DNA from: an uncultured Actinomycetota bacterium
GTDB taxonomy: Bacteria > Actinomycetota > Actinomycetes > DATJPE01
Reading direction: 5' to 3'
NCBI GenBank assembly: GCA_963805505.1
Contig: CAWDUP010000007.1
Location: 557,618 to 621,617 of the forward strand
DNA length: 64,000 nucleotides
Positions 58,999 through 64,000 of this stretch are shown here, in pieces. The translations under genes were made by a program, and so were the position numbers. Under the pieces are notes generated by a model. That model did not search any database. It saw only the letters and a list, made by a program, of their open reading frames with translations, and was not told the origin of the DNA. Each line of letters begins with the position of its first letter. Positions within the stretch are counted from its first letter, which is position 1.

Positions 58999-59490
58999 AT
59001 GACGACGGACTATGCGCGAGCGCTCGGTACGCGGCTGCGTGCCATCCGGACCCAGCAAGGACTCTCGCTGCACGGGGTCGAGGAGAAGTCCGGCGGCCGA
59101 TGGAAGGCTGTCGTGGTCGGCTCCTACGAACGTGGCGACCGTGCCGTCACCGTGCAGCGCTTGGCCGAGCTGGCTGATTTCTACGCCGTACCGGTGGGTG
59201 AGCTGCTGCCCGGCGGAGCCGGTTCGACGGCCAGCGAGCCGCCGCCGCGACTGGTCATCGACCTCGAGCGACTCGGCCGCGTCCCTGCGGAGAAGGCTGG
59301 TCCGCTGGCCCGCTACTGCTCGACCATTCAAAGTCAGCGCGGTGACTACAACGGCCGCGTGCTCTCCGTTCGCTCCGACGACCTGCGCACTCTCGGAGTG
59401 ATCTACGACCAGTCACCCAGCGTGCTCGTCGAGCAGTTCATCGCCTGGGGTGTGCTCAACCCGGACGCGCGACGCGCCGTGTCCGAGTGA
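58999..59490 (+). CDS. bldD: Developmental transcriptional regulator BldD (XRE-type HTH plus c-di-GMP-binding C-terminal domain)
   Basis: 163 aa and near-identical in pattern to Streptomyces BldD: ...LRAIRTQQGLSLHGVEEKSGGRWKAVVVGSYERGDRAVTVQRLAELADFY... It carries c-di-GMP-binding signature motifs RGD and RSDD (RXD-X8-RXXD). It is divergent from pyrR, as in Streptomyces. Confidence 0.9.
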   Translation: MTTDYARALGTRLRAIRTQQGLSLHGVEEKSGGRWKAVVVGSYERGDRAVTVQRLAELADFYAVPVGELLPGGAGSTASEPPPRLVIDLERLGRVPAEKAGPLARYCSTIQSQRGDYNGRVLSVRSDDLRTLGVIYDQSPSVLVEQFIAWGVLNPDARRAVSE

Positions 59491-59491
59491 T

Positions 59492-59506
59492 CGAAGGACT
59501 CCTTCG
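59492..59506. terminator. Short perfect hairpin (CGAAGG-ACT-CCTTCG) between convergent bldD and the peptidase E-like gene
   Basis: Direct reading. It sits in the 18-nt convergent intergenic gap and may be a bidirectional terminator. Confidence 0.3.
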
Positions 59507-59508
59507 CC

Positions 59509-60153
59509 TCACGTCAACCCGTCGTGGATGCGAGTCTCGTCACCGTCGATGACCAGAGCCTGTCCGTCGCGCAGGGGCCAGTAGGCCTGCCCCGCGGCGT
59601 CATAGCCAGCGGCCACGACTGCGACTGCTCCGGTCTCGGGGTGAGCTGGCGAGTCCATGTGCGGGACGAGCGGACGATCGAGCACCGCCAATCCATCGAA
59701 GCGGACGTCGTCGTACACGGCGCGGCAGTCCTCGATCGGGTCGCAGAGCTCCAACCCGGCCAGGCTGGGAGCAAGCACGCATGACCCCGCGCTGAATCCG
59801 GCGTAGACGAAGGCGTCGTCTGCGAGCCCGCGGACGATGACCTGGTCGAGACCCGAGCGAGCCATCGCCATCCGCAGGGTGAACACGTTGCCACCTCTGA
59901 CCCAGACGAAGTCGGGCTGGCCGAACGCCACCTCGATGTCATCGGGGCCGAAGTCGCGCACATCGAAGTTCTCGGCCACCAATCCGATAGAGGCCAGATT
60001 CTCGATCTGCCCGGTCAAGTCACGGCGGCGGCGGTGGTCGTCAAGGCCATCGAGTGCGTTCATCACGACCCAGCCCCGCCGTTCTCCTCGAACGAGGTCC
60101 GAGAACAGCTCTGGATGGTCGCCCAGCTGGTAGGAGGAGAGATAGAGGCGCAT
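59509..60153 (-). CDS. Peptidase E-like protein (S51 family / class I glutamine amidotransferase-like)
   Basis: 214 aa, ...FVWVRGGNVFTLRMAMARSGLDQVIVRGLADDAFVYAGFSAGSCVL... with a Ser nucleophile in GFSAGS. Confidence 0.75.
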   Translation of the reverse strand: MRLYLSSYQLGDHPELFSDLVRGERRGWVVMNALDGLDDHRRRRDLTGQIENLASIGLVAENFDVRDFGPDDIEVAFGQPDFVWVRGGNVFTLRMAMARSGLDQVIVRGLADDAFVYAGFSAGSCVLAPSLAGLELCDPIEDCRAVYDDVRFDGLAVLDRPLVPHMDSPAHPETGAVAVVAAGYDAAGQAYWPLRDGQALVIDGDETRIHDGLT

Positions 60154-60177
60154 GCCAACCGTCGTCCGTGCTCCCGG

Positions 60178-61620
60178 CTAGGACTCGTAGGCCGGGGCAT
60201 AGAGCCCGACCGCATCTCCCATGCGATGCACGCGCATGGCGTTGGTCGATCCTGGGATACCGGGCGGCGATCCGGCGACGATGACGACCGGCTCGCCCTT
60301 CTCCACCCGACCGAAGTCCAAGAGTGCGGCGTCGACCTGCTTGACCATCTCGTCGGTGTGTCGAACAGGTGCGACCAAGAACGTCTCGACTCCCCAGGCC
60401 ACCGCGAGTTGACTGCGGACCGCCTGATCGGGAGTGAACGCGAGCAACGGGATCGGGGAGCGATGCCGAGCCAAGCGATGAGCCGACGAGCCAGTCTCGG
60501 TGAAGGCGACCAGGAACTTCGCCCCGACGATCTCTCCCACCCTTGCGGCGGACTCGCAGATGGCGCCTGGCGTCGTGACGGGTCGGCCGCGCATAGGGGG
60601 CAGGTGCGCCAGAGCCTTCTCCTCGACGGTCGAGATGATCCGACTCATGGTCTCCACCGCCTCGATGGGGTGGTGACCGACCGAGGTCTCGCCGGACAGC
60701 ATGAGGGCGTCTGCCCCGTCGAGGACGGCATTGGCCACGTCTGAGGCCTCAGCCCGAGTGGGTCGAGACGCGCCGATCATCGACTCGAGCATCTGGGTGG
60801 CCACGATCACCGGCTTGGCCTTCTCGCGGGCAGCAGCCACGGTTTCCTTCTGAACGAGGGGCACCTGCTCGAGGGGCAGTTCCACACCGAGATCGCCCCG
60901 CGCCACCATCACACCGTCGAAGGCGTCGAGGATGGAGTCGATGTTCTCGACCGCCTGCGGCTTCTCGATCTTGGCCAGCACTGGCAGCCGTACGCCCATC
61001 TCGTCCATGACTGCATGCACCGAGTCGATGTCAGACGCGGCGCGGACGAACGACAACGCGATCAGGTCGGCGCGCAAGCTCAGTGCCCAGCGCAGATCCT
61101 CGACGTCCTTGTCCGACATGGCCGGCACCGAAACCGCGACGCCCGGCAGGTTGATCCCCTTGTGATCAGAGACCATCCCGCCCTCGACGACGCGAGTGAT
61201 GACCCGCGGGCCAGCGACCTCGGTGACCGCCAGCGCGACCTTGCCGTCGTCGATGAGGATCTGATCACCCACCCGGACATCGCCCGGCAGGCCGTCGTAG
61301 GTCGTCGAGCACAGCGCCTGGTCGCCTGCCACCTCCTCGGTGGTGATGGTGAACGTCTCGCCGTTCACCAGCCGAACCGGGCCGCCAGCGAACGACCCAA
61401 GCCGGATCTTCGGTCCCTGCAGGTCCACCAGGATCCCCACACCACGGCCGGCCTCGTCCGATGCCTGACGGACGTGCCGGTAGACCGATTCCTGATCCTC
61501 GTAGGACCCATGGCTGAGGTTGAGTCGAGCCACATCCATCCCCGCGGCAACCAGGGCGCGCACCTGGTCCAACGACGACGTAGCCGGTCCGAGAGTGCAG
61601 ACGATCTTGGCTCGGCGCAT
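60178..61620 (-). CDS. pyk: Pyruvate kinase
   Basis: 480 aa, MRRAKIVCTLGPATSS...MVARGDLGVE... Confidence 0.95.
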   Translation of the reverse strand: MRRAKIVCTLGPATSSLDQVRALVAAGMDVARLNLSHGSYEDQESVYRHVRQASDEAGRGVGILVDLQGPKIRLGSFAGGPVRLVNGETFTITTEEVAGDQALCSTTYDGLPGDVRVGDQILIDDGKVALAVTEVAGPRVITRVVEGGMVSDHKGINLPGVAVSVPAMSDKDVEDLRWALSLRADLIALSFVRAASDIDSVHAVMDEMGVRLPVLAKIEKPQAVENIDSILDAFDGVMVARGDLGVELPLEQVPLVQKETVAAAREKAKPVIVATQMLESMIGASRPTRAEASDVANAVLDGADALMLSGETSVGHHPIEAVETMSRIISTVEEKALAHLPPMRGRPVTTPGAICESAARVGEIVGAKFLVAFTETGSSAHRLARHRSPIPLLAFTPDQAVRSQLAVAWGVETFLVAPVRHTDEMVKQVDAALLDFGRVEKGEPVVIVAGSPPGIPGSTNAMRVHRMGDAVGLYAPAYES

Positions 61621-61699
61621 TGATAAATCCTATCGAGGAGGGGTTCGTGGGCGGGGGACGCGAGATCTCGGTGCTCTGGTCAGCGGACCATCAGCGACC

Positions 61700-63181
61700 T
61701 CAGACAGCCAACGGCCGGTCACTTGGGACGATCGGCGCCGGAAGAACGAGATCCTGCGGCTTCGACGCACCAGACAAGAAGCGGTCGACCTCGGCGGCGC
61801 ACGATCGGCCTTCGGCGATGGCCCAGACGATCAGCGACTGACCGCGCCCGGCGTCCCCGGCCACGAACACGCCGGGCACGTTCGTCGTGAAGTGTTCGTC
61901 GCGGGCGACATTGCCTCGTTGGTCCAAGGACACATCGAGCTGTTCGAGCAACCCCTGACGCTCCGGCCCCACGAAACCCATGGCGAGCAGAACCAGGTCG
62001 GCTGGGAGTTCTCGCTCGGTCCCGGGAACCTCGGTCATGCTCCCTCCATCCATGCTCACCTCGACAAGTCGAAGGGCCGCCACGCGCCCCTCGATACCGA
62101 CGAAGGCCTTGGTCGAAACTGCGAACACCCGTTCGCCACCTTCCTCATGGGCACTCGAGGTGCGCCAGATCATGGGATGGGTCGGCCAAGGCTGAGCAGC
62201 CAGACGATGCTCAGGCGGTCTGGGCATGATCTCCAGCTGCGTCACGGATGCAGCGCCTTGGCGGTGCGCCGTGCCGAGGCAGTCGGCTCCCGTGTCGCCG
62301 CCACCCAGGATCACCACGTGTTTGCCGGCAGCGCTGATCGGCGCAAGGTCGAGGTCGCCTTGCTGGACCCGATTCGCCCAGGGTAGGTATTCCATCGCCT
62401 GATGGATCCCCCACAACCCACGACCGTCGACGTCGAGGTCACGACCGACGGTCGAACCGGTCGCGACGACAACCGCGTCGTAGCGGCGACGCAGATCCGG
62501 ACCTGTCACATCAACGCCGACGTTGACGCCTGGGCGAAAGCGGGTCCCCTCGGCTTCCATCTGCTCAAGTCGGCGGTCGAGGTGGCTCTTCTCCATCTTG
62601 AACTCAGGGATGCCGTACCGCAGCAGCCCCCCGAGCCGGTCGGCCCGCTCGTACACGGCGACGGTGTGGCCGGCGCGAGTCAGCTGTTGGGCGGCAGCCA
62701 GGCCAGCAGGTCCGGAGCCGACCACTGCGATCGTCCGCCCGGAAAGGCGGCTCGGCGGCTGAGGAGGCAACCAGCCCTTCGCCCATGCGCGATCCACGAT
62801 CGACACCTCGACGGCCTTGATGGTGACGGGTTCGCCGTGACTTGCTTCCGAGGTGATCCCCACGACGCAGGCGCTCTCACAAGGGGCCGGGCACAGACGC
62901 CCGGTGAACTCGGGAAAGTTGTTGGTCGCGTGGAGTCGCTCCGAGGCCTCTCGCCAGTTCCCTCGTCGGGCGAGGTCGTTCCACTCGGGGATGAGATTGC
63001 CCAGAGGGCAGCCTTGATGGCAGAAGGGAATGCCGCAGTCCATGCATCGTGCCGCCTGCTCTCGGACGGATTCTTCAGGCATGGCCTCATAGACCTCATG
63101 CCAGTCCTGGATGCGGACATCGACCGGCCGGCGGCTGAAGTCTCTCCTCGGCGTCTTGAGGAACCCTGTGGGGTCAGCCAT
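61700..63181 (-). CDS. gltD: Glutamate synthase (NADPH) small subunit
   Basis: 493 aa with an N-terminal Fe-S Cys cluster ([17 protein letters not shown]) and an FAD/NAD(P)-binding domain ([12 protein letters not shown]). Confidence 0.95.
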   Translation of the reverse strand: MADPTGFLKTPRRDFSRRPVDVRIQDWHEVYEAMPEESVREQAARCMDCGIPFCHQGCPLGNLIPEWNDLARRGNWREASERLHATNNFPEFTGRLCPAPCESACVVGITSEASHGEPVTIKAVEVSIVDRAWAKGWLPPQPPSRLSGRTIAVVGSGPAGLAAAQQLTRAGHTVAVYERADRLGGLLRYGIPEFKMEKSHLDRRLEQMEAEGTRFRPGVNVGVDVTGPDLRRRYDAVVVATGSTVGRDLDVDGRGLWGIHQAMEYLPWANRVQQGDLDLAPISAAGKHVVILGGGDTGADCLGTAHRQGAASVTQLEIMPRPPEHRLAAQPWPTHPMIWRTSSAHEEGGERVFAVSTKAFVGIEGRVAALRLVEVSMDGGSMTEVPGTERELPADLVLLAMGFVGPERQGLLEQLDVSLDQRGNVARDEHFTTNVPGVFVAGDAGRGQSLIVWAIAEGRSCAAEVDRFLSGASKPQDLVLPAPIVPSDRPLAV

Positions 63182-64000
63182 GGACGGCCTCCATCACGGC
63201 GACATCGACATCGACACCGGCGCGCTGCGCTTGCCTGCGCACGGCCAGAACCCGCTTGTAGTCCTTGGGCATGATCTTGGTGAAACGTTCCAAGCCAGGG
63301 ATCCCGGCCGCCGCCAGCTCCTGCGCCACCGTCGAGCCGGTCTCGTCGATGTGCCGGACGAGGAGATCGCTCAGCAAAGCGCGGCCCTCATCGTCGAGCG
63401 GGTCGAGGTCGACCATCTCCCGGTTGACCATTCGCCGATCGAGATCGAGCACATAGGCGATCCCGCCGCTCATGCCCGCTGCCAGGTTGCGTCCGGTGGG
63501 ACCAAGGATGATGGCCCGCCCACCCGTCATGTACTCGCAGGCGTGGTCACCGACCCCTTCAACAACAGCGGTAGCTCCCGAGTTGCGCACGCAGAACCGC
63601 TCCCCGACGACGCCGCGCGCGAAGAACTCGCCTGACGTAGCGCCGTAGAGCAAGACGTTCCCCGCGATCACCTGCTCCTCGGGGACGAACGGTGCCGCAC
63701 GGGATGGGCGCACCACGATGCGGCCGCCGGACAAGCCCTTCCCTACATAGTCGTTGGCGTCACCCTCCAGGCGCAACGTGATCCCGGACGGCAGGAACGC
63801 TCCGAACGACTGACCTGCCGATCCGAGGAAGGTGAGGTCGATCGTCGAGTCCGGCAGTCCCTTTCCGCCATACCTGCTTGTCACCGCGTGGCCCAACATC
63901 GTGCCGACCGTCCGGTTGACGTTGCGCACCGGAAGCTGCGCGCGTACCGGCTCGCCCCGCTCGAGAGCCGGCTCGGCCAACGCAATGAGCTCGTGATCGA
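63174..64000 (-). CDS. gltB: Glutamate synthase large subunit, C-terminal part (gene continues beyond window end)
   Basis: Conserved GXGXG C-terminal domain (...GRIVVRP...[47 protein letters not shown]...). It overlaps the gltD start by 8 nt. Confidence 0.9.
   Translation of the reverse strand, partial: DHELIALAEPALERGEPVRAQLPVRNVNRTVGTMLGHAVTSRYGGKGLPDSTIDLTFLGSAGQSFGAFLPSGITLRLEGDANDYVGKGLSGGRIVVRPSRAAPFVPEEQVIAGNVLLYGATSGEFFARGVVGERFCVRNSGATAVVEGVGDHACEYMTGGRAIILGPTGRNLAAGMSGGIAYVLDLDRRMVNREMVDLDPLDDEGRALLSDLLVRHIDETGSTVAQELAAAGIPGLERFTKIMPKDYKRVLAVRRQAQRAGVDVDVAVMEAVHG

Overview
This is a high-GC (~70%) actinobacterial chromosomal segment with Streptomyces/Nocardioides-like gene order, and almost every gene is on the minus strand. 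Minus-strand content, left to right: a partial Gly/Arg-rich gene, a complete rRNA operon (5S-23S-16S) with a promoter and terminator, and tyrS. The arginine cluster is argC-argJ-argB-argD-argR-argG-argH, lacks argF, and has an ARG operator upstream. pheS-pheT follows, then a putative Fe(II)/2OG oxygenase, a TrmH-family methyltransferase, and the infC-rpmI-rplT operon, where infC appears to start on a non-canonical AUC codon. After aqpZ come an SseB-like gene, a small hypothetical and a PH-domain membrane protein. hisE-hisG and the riboflavin operon ribD-ribE-ribBA-ribH, preceded by an FMN riboswitch, follow. rpe, a Tat-type TAP-like peptidase, rsmB-fmt-def-priA, metK, coaBC-rpoZ-gmk-mihF and the pyrimidine cluster come next. 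The pyrimidine cluster runs pyrR-pyrB-pyrC-membrane protein-carA-carB-pyrK-pyrD-pyrF and has a PyrR binding loop overlapping the pyrR ribosome-binding site. The last minus-strand genes are a peptidase E-like gene, pyk, gltD and a partial gltB. The only plus-strand genes are a 3-methyladenine DNA glycosylase, an MFS transporter, a YjbR/MmcQ gene, an ECF sigma factor with a co-transcribed membrane protein, and bldD. About 3.7 kb between mihF and pyrF looks like a lineage-variable insert relative to Streptomyces. It holds the ECF sigma pair, a YciI-SRPBCC-ArsR operon with an operator palindrome, and a lipoprotein gene. Three genes (metK, pyrF and that lipoprotein) each carry an apparent single-nucleotide +1 insertion that breaks the reading frame, which is most likely sequence error but should be checked. 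Many adjacent genes overlap by 4 nt (GTGA/ATGA), which suggests translational coupling. No CRISPR array, tRNA or mobile element was found.
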